The notes under the pieces were generated by a model. It saw nothing but the letters and a program-made list of their open reading frames with translations, searched no databases and was not told where the DNA came from. A DNA stretch of 30,701 bases from an uncultured Planctomycetaceae bacterium (GTDB taxonomy: Bacteria; Planctomycetota; Planctomycetia; Planctomycetales; Planctomycetaceae). The stretch covers positions 62,001 to 92,701 of the forward strand of contig CAXBME010000033.1 of assembly GCA_963976765.1 (NCBI GenBank), read 5' to 3'. Below are positions 18,238-27,103 of this stretch, piece after piece (within the stretch, counting starts at the first letter, position 1; every line of letters begins with the position of its first letter). The translations under genes and the position numbers were made by a program.

Positions 18238-20133
18238 ATGACACAAGCACTGGCATTCAAGCCCAAAAATGTAAATGGCGTGCTACGGGTTCTGATTATC
18301 GGCCGCATTTCGACCGAGCATCAGAACATTGAGAACATCGACGCATCATACCGGTATGTGGAAGACTACCTGCAACAGGTGCATGCAGGGCCGAAGGAGA
18401 TCAGGCATCTGGGCGAACGAGCAAGTGGGATGCTGGCCGACCGCGACACCATTCGCGAAGCCTGTGACCTGATCGAGACTGGCGAGTGGGACCTGGTCAT
18501 TGCCGAAGACCTGTCGCGCATCTTTCGAAACCCGCGGCATCAGTACAACTTCGTGCAGGACGCTGTTGACGCTCAGACGCGGCTAATCTGCATTGCTGAC
18601 AACCTCGACACTGCGGATGACAACTGGGAACTGATGCTCGGGGCTGCGACGCTGCGGCACGGCCTGATGGTCTCGGACACGCGACGTCGAGTGCGGCGGA
18701 CGGCAACACACTCGTTCCACAACGGAGGCATGGTCCAGAAGGTTCGCTTCGGGTACCGCAAACTGTCGAAGCAGGAAGCCGACTCCGGCCATTTCGGACC
18801 GAAAGGATTGACCGTCACAAAGATTTCGGAATGCACTCCGATCATTCGAGAGATGGCCCGACGAGTCATCAGCGGAGCGACCTACGTTGCTGTCGCTGAA
18901 TGGCTGGGGCAGGAAGGTATCAAACCACCTCAGTATGTTGTGACTGGCCGCTGGTCCGGACGAGTCGTCAAAGACCTGCTGGCTGATCCAATCCTCGTCG
19001 GCGTTCGGACATTTCGCGAGACGATCTGCGAGCCCGTCTATCGAACCGGTCGGCATCGACGTCGGAAGAACGATTCGCCAGAGACGGCTCAGGTTCCAGA
19101 ACTGGCTCATCTGGAACACGACCAGCACCGCCAGCTCATCGAAGTGATGAATCGACGGGAAGCTTCGCACCGTCGCACGTCCGGGCGGGCACACCCACTC
19201 CACGGACGCTCCCGCAAGAGGTCTCTCTGGCCCGCACAACATGCCCGGTGTGCCGTTTGCGGTGACATGCTTTATCGCTATGACCGCAAAGTGCTGAAGT
19301 GTCGGAACGCGAGTCGCTCCGCTGGACACACCTGCTGGAACCGGGTGCAGGTCAACAGTGAGATTGCCACACACATCCTGCTCACGGGACTCTTTCAGCA
19401 GCTATGCGATCAGGATGGATTTCTCGAAGCACTGCAATCGGCGGCACACACGGAATTCGCTCGATCGCGTGAACTTAAGCACCGACGAGAGCTGCCCGAT
19501 ACCGACCGACTCGAAGACCTGCATCGGCAATCGGCCAATCTGACCGAAGCCATTGTCGCTGGGGGGCAGATTGCTCAACTCGTGGATCGACTAACTCAGG
19601 TCACGGCAGGGATTCAGGAGATTCAAAGCCGCAGCGAGACTCAGCAGCAGTCCACCAGGGGCGTGTCAAACGCCATCGCTACACGAATCGATGCAGAGCC
19701 GCTGCAGGTTCTCCTCGACACTGCGTCAGCGTCCTTCGAACTCGCTGATCTGATCAGGGCCGTGTGTCCCGTGTTCGACATCGTTCCGGTGCAGGCACTC
19801 GATACTCCACAGATTCGCCCCATGGCTCGCCTGCGTTGTGAGCTTATCTCGAACACCGGAACGGTGGATCAGATCGACCTTGAGAAATGGTTGTTTGAAC
19901 CGCCCCTTCACATCCGACATCTCGACGAGTGTCTGCGGCTCAAGGCCGAACATCCTCGCGATTCCCTGAAGACGATTGCCAGTCGAGCGGGCCTGAATCA
20001 TATGACTATCAAGCGAGCGTTTGATTACGCGCGGCGCATGGACCAGGCCGGTGTTACGACGCCTTTTCAGATTCTGACCAGCAAGCCGGCAAATGCATCC
20101 CGATGGAAGAATCGTGTCGACTGCACTGCTTAA
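18238..20133 (+). CDS. Large serine recombinase 2 (paralog of LSR1)
   Basis: AAGGAG RBS and ATG 18238; IGRIS catalytic motif, EDLSRIFR, CAVC...C...CWN zinc ribbon; shares the C-terminal PANASRW motif with LSR1. Confidence 0.9.
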   Translation: MTQALAFKPKNVNGVLRVLIIGRISTEHQNIENIDASYRYVEDYLQQVHAGPKEIRHLGERASGMLADRDTIREACDLIETGEWDLVIAEDLSRIFRNPRHQYNFVQDAVDAQTRLICIADNLDTADDNWELMLGAATLRHGLMVSDTRRRVRRTATHSFHNGGMVQKVRFGYRKLSKQEADSGHFGPKGLTVTKISECTPIIREMARRVISGATYVAVAEWLGQEGIKPPQYVVTGRWSGRVVKDLLADPILVGVRTFRETICEPVYRTGRHRRRKNDSPETAQVPELAHLEHDQHRQLIEVMNRREASHRRTSGRAHPLHGRSRKRSLWPAQHARCAVCGDMLYRYDRKVLKCRNASRSAGHTCWNRVQVNSEIATHILLTGLFQQLCDQDGFLEALQSAAHTEFARSRELKHRRELPDTDRLEDLHRQSANLTEAIVAGGQIAQLVDRLTQVTAGIQEIQSRSETQQQSTRGVSNAIATRIDAEPLQVLLDTASASFELADLIRAVCPVFDIVPVQALDTPQIRPMARLRCELISNTGTVDQIDLEKWLFEPPLHIRHLDECLRLKAEHPRDSLKTIASRAGLNHMTIKRAFDYARRMDQAGVTTPFQILTSKPANASRWKNRVDCTA

Positions 20134-20158
20134 TTTTGGCCAAAAACGAGGCATTATG

Positions 20159-20238
20159 AATTGGATTGTATGCGGCATAACCATCAGGGAATCGGACGCT
20201 TCGGGGCGGGTGGAGTTATGCCGTCATACGATTCTATT
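20159..20238. repeat. Imperfect long inverted repeat (hairpin) at the left end of the IS91-like element
   Basis: AATTGGATTGTATGCGGCATAAC (20159-20181) pairs with GTTATGCCGTCATACGATTCTATT (20215-20238), with one bulged T and a few mismatches. Confidence 0.75.
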
Positions 20239-20519
20239 GGACTGAACCGCCAGGGGCGTTTGCCTATGGAGATTGAATCAGGACGGCATCGGAGCGCAGA
20301 GCAGGCGGGCTGCTGAGTCGCAGCGTTGACTGGTCATCGAGGGACTCAGTCGGCACGGGGGGCGGCAGGATGATTGGCGGGATCGGTACAGGTGGACCTG
20401 TTCGTTTTTAACAGCCGCACTGTCTGTGCCGCTCTGCTGCGGAGCGTGTCTGCTCAGTATTGCTGAGCGTGCGAAGTGAGCGTGTTCGCTCTGGTGTCGC
20501 TGGCCGTGTGAGTGCGTGG

Positions 20520-21785
20520 TCATGAGGTATCGCGGACTGTCGTGCTGGTGAGTACCACGTTGATGTGCGGTTTGGGAATCGGTTGTGAGTGTGGTCGGTC
20601 CTCGCGAATCAGCCGCGTGATCAGCAGCCTGCCCCGGCGGCATACCGGGCACACGTCGTCGCTATCGAGAGTTCCGTCACTGTTGGGATCGGATGCCTGA
20701 ACGGGAGGAGTCTCTGGTTCTGTGGCGGTTGTGCGGGGGGCCATGCCGAGCAACTGGCGCGCGTGTTCGAGCTGCTCTCGACGGAAGCGGTTGGCCATGA
20801 AACCGAAGTGGCGAATCCGCATGAAGCCGCGCGGCAGTACGTGCTGCAGGAAGCGTCGGAGGAACTCGACGGCGGTGAGTGTGTATGTGGTCTGACGTCC
20901 GCCCGCCGCGTAGTCCTTCACGCGGAAGGTGACCTGACCGTTCTCCAGCCGCAGCAGTCGACGGTTGGAAATCGCCACGCGATGCGTGTAACGGGCGAGG
21001 TATTTCAGCACGACTTCCGGGCCGCCGAAGGGGGCTTTGGAATAGACCACCCATTCGTTGCGGACGGCGACGTTCAGCCGGTGCTGCCACGCTCCGGGCT
21101 GTGCGAGTCCCGATAGTTGACCGTGGAACTCCAGCTTCCCCAGATCATAAGCCCGCTGGAGCAACGCGATGAACTTGCCGCGGAACACGCGGCTGAGCAC
21201 TCGGACCGGCAGGAAGAAATCCTGCTTCTTCGTGTGAACCCACTTCGTGCCACAGGCAGAAAGACCGCCAGCGGGCACGACACAATGCAGATGTGGATGA
21301 TGATGCGGGTTCTGGCCCCACGTATGCAGCACCGCCAGAAAGCCGATTTTCGCTCCCAGATGTTTCGGGGTAGCGGCGACTTCCTGGAGCGTCTGTCCGA
21401 CCGCCTGAAACAGGATGCCGTACACGACTCGCGGGTTCTGCAGAGCGATCGCGGCGATCTCATCAGGCAGCGTGAACACGACGTGGAAGTACGGCACGTC
21501 CAGCAGTTCTTCAGACCGGTCCTGCATCCAGCGGGCGGCGACAGAACCCTGACACTTCGGGCAGTGCCGGTTGCGGCACGAGTTGTACGCCACCTTTTCA
21601 TGCGGACAGGAATCACACCGCTCGACGTGTCCGCCCAGCGTCGCCGTGCGGCAGCTGGCCACGTCGGCCAGCACCCGTCGCCGGTCGGTCGGCACGCGGT
21701 AGCGTGCCAGGAATTCCTGACCATGCGCACGCACGATGTCGGCCACTTCCAGCGATGCTCTCGGACTGGCTGCCGGCTGACTCAT
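20520..21785 (-). CDS. IS91-family (Y2, HUH) rolling-circle transposase with N-terminal Zn-binding domain
   Basis: Zn domain CRTATLGGH..CDSC..YNSCRNRHCPKCQ; HUH region LHTWGQNPHHHPHLHC; Y2 motif YLARY; RRFLQHVLPRGFMRIRHFG. Confidence 0.95.
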   Translation of the reverse strand: MSQPAASPRASLEVADIVRAHGQEFLARYRVPTDRRRVLADVASCRTATLGGHVERCDSCPHEKVAYNSCRNRHCPKCQGSVAARWMQDRSEELLDVPYFHVVFTLPDEIAAIALQNPRVVYGILFQAVGQTLQEVAATPKHLGAKIGFLAVLHTWGQNPHHHPHLHCVVPAGGLSACGTKWVHTKKQDFFLPVRVLSRVFRGKFIALLQRAYDLGKLEFHGQLSGLAQPGAWQHRLNVAVRNEWVVYSKAPFGGPEVVLKYLARYTHRVAISNRRLLRLENGQVTFRVKDYAAGGRQTTYTLTAVEFLRRFLQHVLPRGFMRIRHFGFMANRFRREQLEHARQLLGMAPRTTATEPETPPVQASDPNSDGTLDSDDVCPVCRRGRLLITRLIREDRPHSQPIPKPHINVVLTSTTVRDTS

Positions 21786-22717
21786 GACTCGGCCTCGTCT
21801 GCTCCCGCATCCGCCCTGCCTGCATTCTTCTGACGGGAATCTTCCTGGACGGACTCATCCCGCAGTGACGGATTCCGGGCCTGCGGATGCAGCTGATCCA
21901 GCGGACTGACCGTGCCGCCAATCAGTCGCGTCGACACATGTGTGTAAATCGCCGTCGTGCGGATGTTGGCGTGCCCCAGCAGTTCCTGCAGCACCCGCAC
22001 GTCCGTCCCGGCCTCCAGCAGGTGCGTGGCGAAACAGTGACGCAGCGTGTGTGGAGTCACGGCCTTCTCCAGCCCGGCGCGGGCCCGCGCGTCCTGACAG
22101 GCCCGCTGCACCGTCGACACCCCGACGGGCCGATCCTGACGGCGACCGGGAAACAGGTAACTCACCGGCCGGGCCGCCCACCAGTAGTTCCGCAGCATGT
22201 CCAGCAGCACGGGAGAGAGGATCGTGTAGCGGTCCTTCTTCCGCTTGCCCTGCTCGACGCGAATCACCATCCGCTCGCTGTCCAGGTCCGTGACCTTCAG
22301 ATTCAACGCTTCGGATATCCGAAGTCCGGCCGAGTACGCCGTCATCAGAATCATACGGTGCTTGAACGACACGAGCGCCGCGAAGAACCGCTGGACTTCC
22401 TCGACGCTCAGCACCACCGGCAGCCGCCGTTCCGGACGCGGACTGAACACGTCCTGCACGAGGTCGCCGCGTTTCAGCACCCATCGATAAAAGTATCGCA
22501 GCCCCGCCAGAGCCTGCCGGTAAGTCCCCATCGACAGACCGCGTTCCTGCACTAGATGCACCAGGTAACGGCGAATCTGTTCTCGCGTCAGCCGGTCCGG
22601 ACTCGTCCCGTAATACCGGGCCAGCCGCGACACGTTCCCGACATACATCGAGATCGTCTTCGGCGAGTAATTGCGAATCTCCAGCTCTTCAATGAGGCGT
22701 TTACGCAGTGGCGTCAT
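21782..22717 (-). CDS. Tyrosine recombinase (SAM-like N-terminus) associated with the IS91-like transposase
   Basis: MTPLRKRLIEELEIRNYSPKT N-terminus; GLRISE, GKRKKDR, HTLRHCFATH, LLGH and TTAIYTHV; GGAG RBS; 4-bp overlap with the transposase start. Confidence 0.95.
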   Translation of the reverse strand: MTPLRKRLIEELEIRNYSPKTISMYVGNVSRLARYYGTSPDRLTREQIRRYLVHLVQERGLSMGTYRQALAGLRYFYRWVLKRGDLVQDVFSPRPERRLPVVLSVEEVQRFFAALVSFKHRMILMTAYSAGLRISEALNLKVTDLDSERMVIRVEQGKRKKDRYTILSPVLLDMLRNYWWAARPVSYLFPGRRQDRPVGVSTVQRACQDARARAGLEKAVTPHTLRHCFATHLLEAGTDVRVLQELLGHANIRTTAIYTHVSTRLIGGTVSPLDQLHPQARNPSLRDESVQEDSRQKNAGRADAGADEAES

Positions 22718-22995
22718 CACGGGGCTCCGGTCAGTCGAGGCCAGAATCAGTCGCGAAGCCGCATGGCTCCACAACCCAAACCTGGCTCACAAACCACCCG
22801 GGCGCAAATCGAAATAACCACTTTAACCGGACCGCACCCAACGGCATTCCGTCACCAACCACACCCCCAAAGCAGACGGAGGAAACAACATCACCAAACA
22901 CGCAACACGAAGCCCACCGCGAAGCGGTTTAGTCCAATTACTTGGGAAGGATTACTTCCTGGACCGTTTCTACTCACCAACACATCGGAGAACTG

Positions 22996-23364
22996 ATGTC
23001 ACACATCGTCACGATCGCAACCGAGGTCAGAGATGCTAAGGCACTCTGCCTTGGCTGTGAGCGGCTTGGATTGGAGCGGCCGGCTCACCGGACGGCAAAG
23101 CTGTTCAGCACGGAGGCGACTGGTTACTGCGTGGAGCTGCCGGAGTGGAGATATCCGGTTGTCTGCGATGTCGAGTCCGGCAGCGTCCATTACGACAACT
23201 TCAATGGCCGTTGGGGTGAGCAGTCGCGCCTCGACTCGCTGCTTCAGATGTATGCGGTTGAGAAAACCCGTCTCGAAGCAAGGCGGCGCGGACACACGGT
23301 TACGGAGCAGGCTATGGCGGATGGAGCGATCAAACTCACTGTTCAAGTTGGAGGTGCAGCGTGA
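22996..23364 (+). CDS. DUF1257 / Ycf35-like protein
   Basis: GGAG RBS and ATG 22996; MSHIVTIATEVRD start and YAVEKTRLEARRRGHTVTEQ..DGAIKLTV end match my recollection of the DUF1257 pattern. Confidence 0.7.
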   Translation: MSHIVTIATEVRDAKALCLGCERLGLERPAHRTAKLFSTEATGYCVELPEWRYPVVCDVESGSVHYDNFNGRWGEQSRLDSLLQMYAVEKTRLEARRRGHTVTEQAMADGAIKLTVQVGGAA

Positions 23365-23591
23365 AAGAATCGACTACGAGGACGATCGAAGTCGTTGTTC
23401 GACCTGACGGCCAGTCATCGATCGAGACGAAGGGATTCACCGGAACGGAATGTCTTGTGGGGAGTCGGTTTCTCGAAGCGGCGCTTGGTGCGCGGCAGGA
23501 TGAAAGGCGAACGGTGGAGTTTTACTCAACGGGAGTTTCGACGGACGTCGGCGTGGCGCAGTCGAATCCTGGACGATCGGAGGCTATGTGA
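23361..23591 (+). CDS. DUF2997-like small protein
   Basis: IEVVVRPDG..IETKGFTGTEC...LEAALG...EFY pattern; GGAGG RBS; GTGA overlap with the upstream gene. Confidence 0.7.
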   Translation: MKESTTRTIEVVVRPDGQSSIETKGFTGTECLVGSRFLEAALGARQDERRTVEFYSTGVSTDVGVAQSNPGRSEAM

Positions 23592-24292
23592 AATCGGAAA
23601 CGCTCCGCCGCCGGTTCCCATTGGGACTACAAGCCGCTGCTCCGCGCCGGAAACAAACGCGTCACACGAACGCGCGTCCGCTACTTGTGCTGATCGAAGG
23701 TATCTATGACGTTGAATTTCTGTGCCGCATCTCGGTCGTTCTGCGTCGCGACGATCATGCGATCCCCGACCTGAGAACGCTGGAAGAAGCTGGCAAGCTG
23801 GTCTTCGTTCCTTTTGGTGGTGGCGATCCGGGATTCTGGGCAACGCGGTTTGCTCCGTTGGGATTGTCTGAAATTCACATTTACGATCGCGAAACGCTTC
23901 CGGAGTCGCGACAGCGTTTGGCGGCGGCATCACGTGTGAATTGTCGTCCGAACGCTCGTGCGTTTGTCACTTCGCATTGCAGCATCGAGAACTATCTGCA
24001 TCCGGATGCCATCGAATCATTCTTCCGTATCCGCGTATCGTGCCCGGCAGAAAGCAGCATCGTTGATGCGATCGCCGATTCACTTCTCGCACGAACCTGT
24101 GCGACTCTCGACCGCAGCCAGCTATCAAGACGCGGTCGCAGACGACTGAAGCTGCAGATTAAACGCAAACTCAACCACGACGTCGTTTTACGGATGACTC
24201 CCGCAATGCTCGATGAGAGCGACCCTCGCGGTGAAGTCCGTTCGTGGTTGACGGCCATCGCAGATGCAGTCGGCGGCGTCGCTGACTGCTGA
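23588..24292 (+). CDS. Stand-alone TOPRIM-domain protein (OLD-family-like nuclease domain)
   Basis: LVLIEGIYD (TOPRIM Glu), VPFGGG, HIYDRE (DxD position) and IENYL; GTGA overlap with the upstream gene. Confidence 0.7.
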   Translation: MKSETLRRRFPLGLQAAAPRRKQTRHTNARPLLVLIEGIYDVEFLCRISVVLRRDDHAIPDLRTLEEAGKLVFVPFGGGDPGFWATRFAPLGLSEIHIYDRETLPESRQRLAAASRVNCRPNARAFVTSHCSIENYLHPDAIESFFRIRVSCPAESSIVDAIADSLLARTCATLDRSQLSRRGRRRLKLQIKRKLNHDVVLRMTPAMLDESDPRGEVRSWLTAIADAVGGVADC

Positions 24293-24323
24293 CTCCTGCT
24301 TTCTCTGACTATCTGGAGAACCC

Positions 24324-25814
24324 ATGCTGATTGAACAATTTACGGAGTACGTGCGCGCGTGCTTTGCGGGGATATGGATTGAGACTTTTGAGCCTGATGA
24401 GGCTCTGCGGGAAATTGCGGAACTGTGTCGAAGTGAGGAGTGGTCGCTGGCGACGTGGGATGTTGAATGCGGCCTGAGGACTGCGGGAAGTAGTGCTGCC
24501 GCCGATTCCGTGGCGACGACGGACCCGATAGCGGCGATCCAATCGGCCAGTGCGTTAGCCAGCGATGACGGTGCTGGAATCCTAGTGCTACAGAACTTTC
24601 ACCGTCTGCTGGGGTCACTGGAAGTGATCCAGGCGATGTCGCGGCAGATCGGGCTGGGAAAGCAGAACCGGACGTTTCTGGTTGTGCTGGCTCCAGTGGT
24701 GCAGATTCCTGTCGAGCTGGAGAAGCAGTTTGTGGCCGTCCGGCACGAACTGCCGGATCGAGGCCAGTTGCGAACGATCGTAGAGGAAGTGGCAACGGAA
24801 GAGGGCGAACTCCCTGGCAGTGATGGGCTTGATCGAGTGCTTGACTCAGCGGCCGGGCTGACTCGCTATGAAGCGGAAGGGGCGTTCTCGCTGTCACTGG
24901 TGCGGCATGGACGAGTTGAACCCGAGGTCATCTGGTCGCTCAAGTCGCAAACTCTGCGGAAGAGCGGGCTGCTCGGCTTGTACCGAGGTGGCGAGCGATT
25001 CGATCAGCTCGGCGGCCTTGATAATCTCAAAGCGTTTTCACTGCGGGCACTGCGCCGGCGGAATGGCAGAACGGATTGTCGGCCGAAAGGAGTCCTGCTG
25101 CTCTCACCGCCGGGCTGCGGAAAGTCTGCGTTTGCGAAAAGCCTTGGTAATGAGACAGGACGTCCGACACTGACGCTGGACTTCGGCGCGATGATGGGAA
25201 GTCTCGTTGGAGAGTCCGAGCGAAACATGCGGCAGGCCTTGCGAATTGCGGACGCCATGTCGCCCTGCATTCTGTTCTGCGACGAGCTGGAAAAAGGTCT
25301 GTCCGGTGCCGGCAGCAGCAACGGTGATTCCGGTGTTAGTTCGCGCGTCTTCGGCTCGTTCCTCACGTGGCTCAATGACCGTTCTTCTGAAGTCTTCGTC
25401 GTCGCGACGTGCAACGACATCAGCCGTCTGCCGCCGGAACTGGTCAGAGCGGAACGCTTTGACGGGATTTTCTTCGTTGATCTGCCGGACGCGGAACAGC
25501 GCGAGACGATCTGGCAAATTCACCTGCGGACGTTCGGGCTTGATCCAGAGCAGCAACGGCCCACTGACAAATCATGGACCGGGGCTGAAATTCGATCGTG
25601 CTGCCGACTGGCTGCACTGCTCGATGTGCCGCTGATGCAGGCGGCATTGAATGTGGTGCCCGTCGTGACCACGGCGGCTGATTCTGTTGAGCGACTGCGG
25701 CAGTGGGCCAGCGGGCGGTGCTTGTCGGCAGATCGTGCAGGCGTCTTTCAACACGCGACAACGAAGCCACCCAGACGCCGTCGGAGTGTGACCACTGATC
25801 CTTCCAGCAACTGA
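24324..25814 (+). CDS. AAA+ ATPase, Ycf46-like architecture (degenerate N-terminal module plus active C-terminal AAA module)
   Basis: GGAG RBS; FDQLGGLDNLK, PKGVLLLSPPGCGKS (Walker A), SLVGESE (pore loop), ILFCDELEK (Walker B), ATCN (sensor I) and RAERFD (Arg finger). Confidence 0.9.
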   Translation: MLIEQFTEYVRACFAGIWIETFEPDEALREIAELCRSEEWSLATWDVECGLRTAGSSAAADSVATTDPIAAIQSASALASDDGAGILVLQNFHRLLGSLEVIQAMSRQIGLGKQNRTFLVVLAPVVQIPVELEKQFVAVRHELPDRGQLRTIVEEVATEEGELPGSDGLDRVLDSAAGLTRYEAEGAFSLSLVRHGRVEPEVIWSLKSQTLRKSGLLGLYRGGERFDQLGGLDNLKAFSLRALRRRNGRTDCRPKGVLLLSPPGCGKSAFAKSLGNETGRPTLTLDFGAMMGSLVGESERNMRQALRIADAMSPCILFCDELEKGLSGAGSSNGDSGVSSRVFGSFLTWLNDRSSEVFVVATCNDISRLPPELVRAERFDGIFFVDLPDAEQRETIWQIHLRTFGLDPEQQRPTDKSWTGAEIRSCCRLAALLDVPLMQAALNVVPVVTTAADSVERLRQWASGRCLSADRAGVFQHATTKPPRRRRSVTTDPSSN

Positions 25815-25869
25815 CGGACTCACAGAAATTTGACCTGCTGACAATTCACTCTTTCAAGGAGCAACGCCT

Positions 25870-26832
25870 ATGACGGCAACCATGCGTGAACCAACAGGCC
25901 ACGCCGCACATGAAGATCAACTGCGTGACAACTCGGCGGCAGTTCGGCTCAGCTTTACCTGGATGGGAATCCGGCGAACCCTGACGTCTCATCAGCGAGC
26001 CGTCGCTGCTGACTCATTCGGTGCCGAGGGCGACTTTCTGTCGGCCGGCAAGAAGCTGCTCGACACGAAACATCCGAAGTTCAAGGCGCTGACGGCGTTT
26101 CGCGGCGAAGCGGTTTCGATGTGGAAATCCATCAGCCTGCCATGGCCCGAACCGGGCATCCGGCTGATTCACCGTGAGCAGATTGAAGATTTTGATAATC
26201 GGGCGACTTCGATCGCCAGCCGGCTGGACGAAGCCGTGGTTGATCTCGACGGGCACTACGACGAACTAAGGCACGCCGCAAGAGACCGGCTGGGAAGTCT
26301 ATTCAATGCATCTGACTATCCCGTGTCACTGGCCGGCGCATTCTCGATGTCCTGGGACTTTCCCTCAGTCGATCCACCAGGTTATCTGCGGCAGGTCAAC
26401 CCGGAGTTGTACGAGCAGGAGTGTGATCGAGTCCGGTCCCGGTTTGCCGAAGCGATCAGGCTGGCGGAAGAAGCGTTCACGGCAGAATTGTCCGAGCTGC
26501 TGTCACACCTCTGCGAGCGACTCAATGGTGATCGAGACGGCAAGCCGAAAGTCTTCCGCGACACAGCCGTGTCCAACCTGACGGAATTCTTCAACCGGTT
26601 TCGGTCGCTCAACGTCGGTTCAAACGCGGAACTGGATCGACTGGTTGAACAGACCCAATGCGTCCTGCGCGGAGTGCGGCCGAATTCGCTGCGTCAGAGC
26701 GATGGTCTGAGGCAGCACATCACCACGCAACTCTCCGGCGTACAGTCGGTGCTCGACGGAATGATGGTCGATCGACCACGCCGCAACATCATGCGCAGTC
26801 GTCCTCCGCAGACTTCGGAGCCAGAAGCATGA
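25870..26832 (+). CDS. Hypothetical alpha-helical protein (possibly DUF3150-like)
   Basis: AAGGAG RBS; 320-aa ORF within the operon; the family assignment is only a weak resemblance. Confidence 0.6.
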   Translation: MTATMREPTGHAAHEDQLRDNSAAVRLSFTWMGIRRTLTSHQRAVAADSFGAEGDFLSAGKKLLDTKHPKFKALTAFRGEAVSMWKSISLPWPEPGIRLIHREQIEDFDNRATSIASRLDEAVVDLDGHYDELRHAARDRLGSLFNASDYPVSLAGAFSMSWDFPSVDPPGYLRQVNPELYEQECDRVRSRFAEAIRLAEEAFTAELSELLSHLCERLNGDRDGKPKVFRDTAVSNLTEFFNRFRSLNVGSNAELDRLVEQTQCVLRGVRPNSLRQSDGLRQHITTQLSGVQSVLDGMMVDRPRRNIMRSRPPQTSEPEA

Positions 26833-27077
26833 ACCTGCTGATTACTGCCAATGGCGCCGTGCGGTGCGTGTACGACGAGACTGTCGACCTGAGTGCCATC
26901 GGAGCACTTTCCATCCGGCGTGGTTCTCACGTGGAACCGGATGACGACGGGAACTGGTGGGCTGATCTCAGTCCAGTTGACGGTCCCATGCTGGGGCCAT
27001 TTGCCACGCGTAGCACGGCACTCGACGCCGAGAAACACTGGCTGACGACCCACTGGCTGACGCCACGCCGTCGCTGA
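26829..27077 (+). CDS. Small Trp-rich hypothetical protein (82 aa)
   Basis: ATGA overlap with the upstream stop; globular-looking sequence RRGSHVEP..GNWWADLSPV.GP.LGPF. Confidence 0.7.
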   Translation: MNLLITANGAVRCVYDETVDLSAIGALSIRRGSHVEPDDDGNWWADLSPVDGPMLGPFATRSTALDAEKHWLTTHWLTPRRR

Positions 27078-27103
27078 CGACACGAATTTTGATCGTATCC
27101 CTC

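Larger units (their letters stand above)
20159..22939 (-). mobile_element. IS91-like element carrying a tyrosine recombinase and a Y2-HUH transposase
   Basis: Two coupled genes oriented opposite to the flanking genes and visibly more GC-rich; bounded by inverted repeats ATTGGACTGAACCGC (20236-20250) and GCGGTTTAGTCCAAT (22924-22938). The left end (20159 or 20236) is uncertain. Confidence 0.8.

Noticed and set aside
20278..20652. 124-aa minus-strand ORF downstream of the IS91-like transposase
   Set aside because: It overlaps the transposase 3' end and its low-complexity composition reflects the strand-skewed IS end.
20175..22717. Integron (IntI plus attC cassette array)
   Set aside because: The GCATAAC-GTTATGC span is only 47 nt with pairing outside rather than inside the cores, there is a single site, and the recombinase lacks the IntI-specific insertion and is coupled to an IS91-type transposase.
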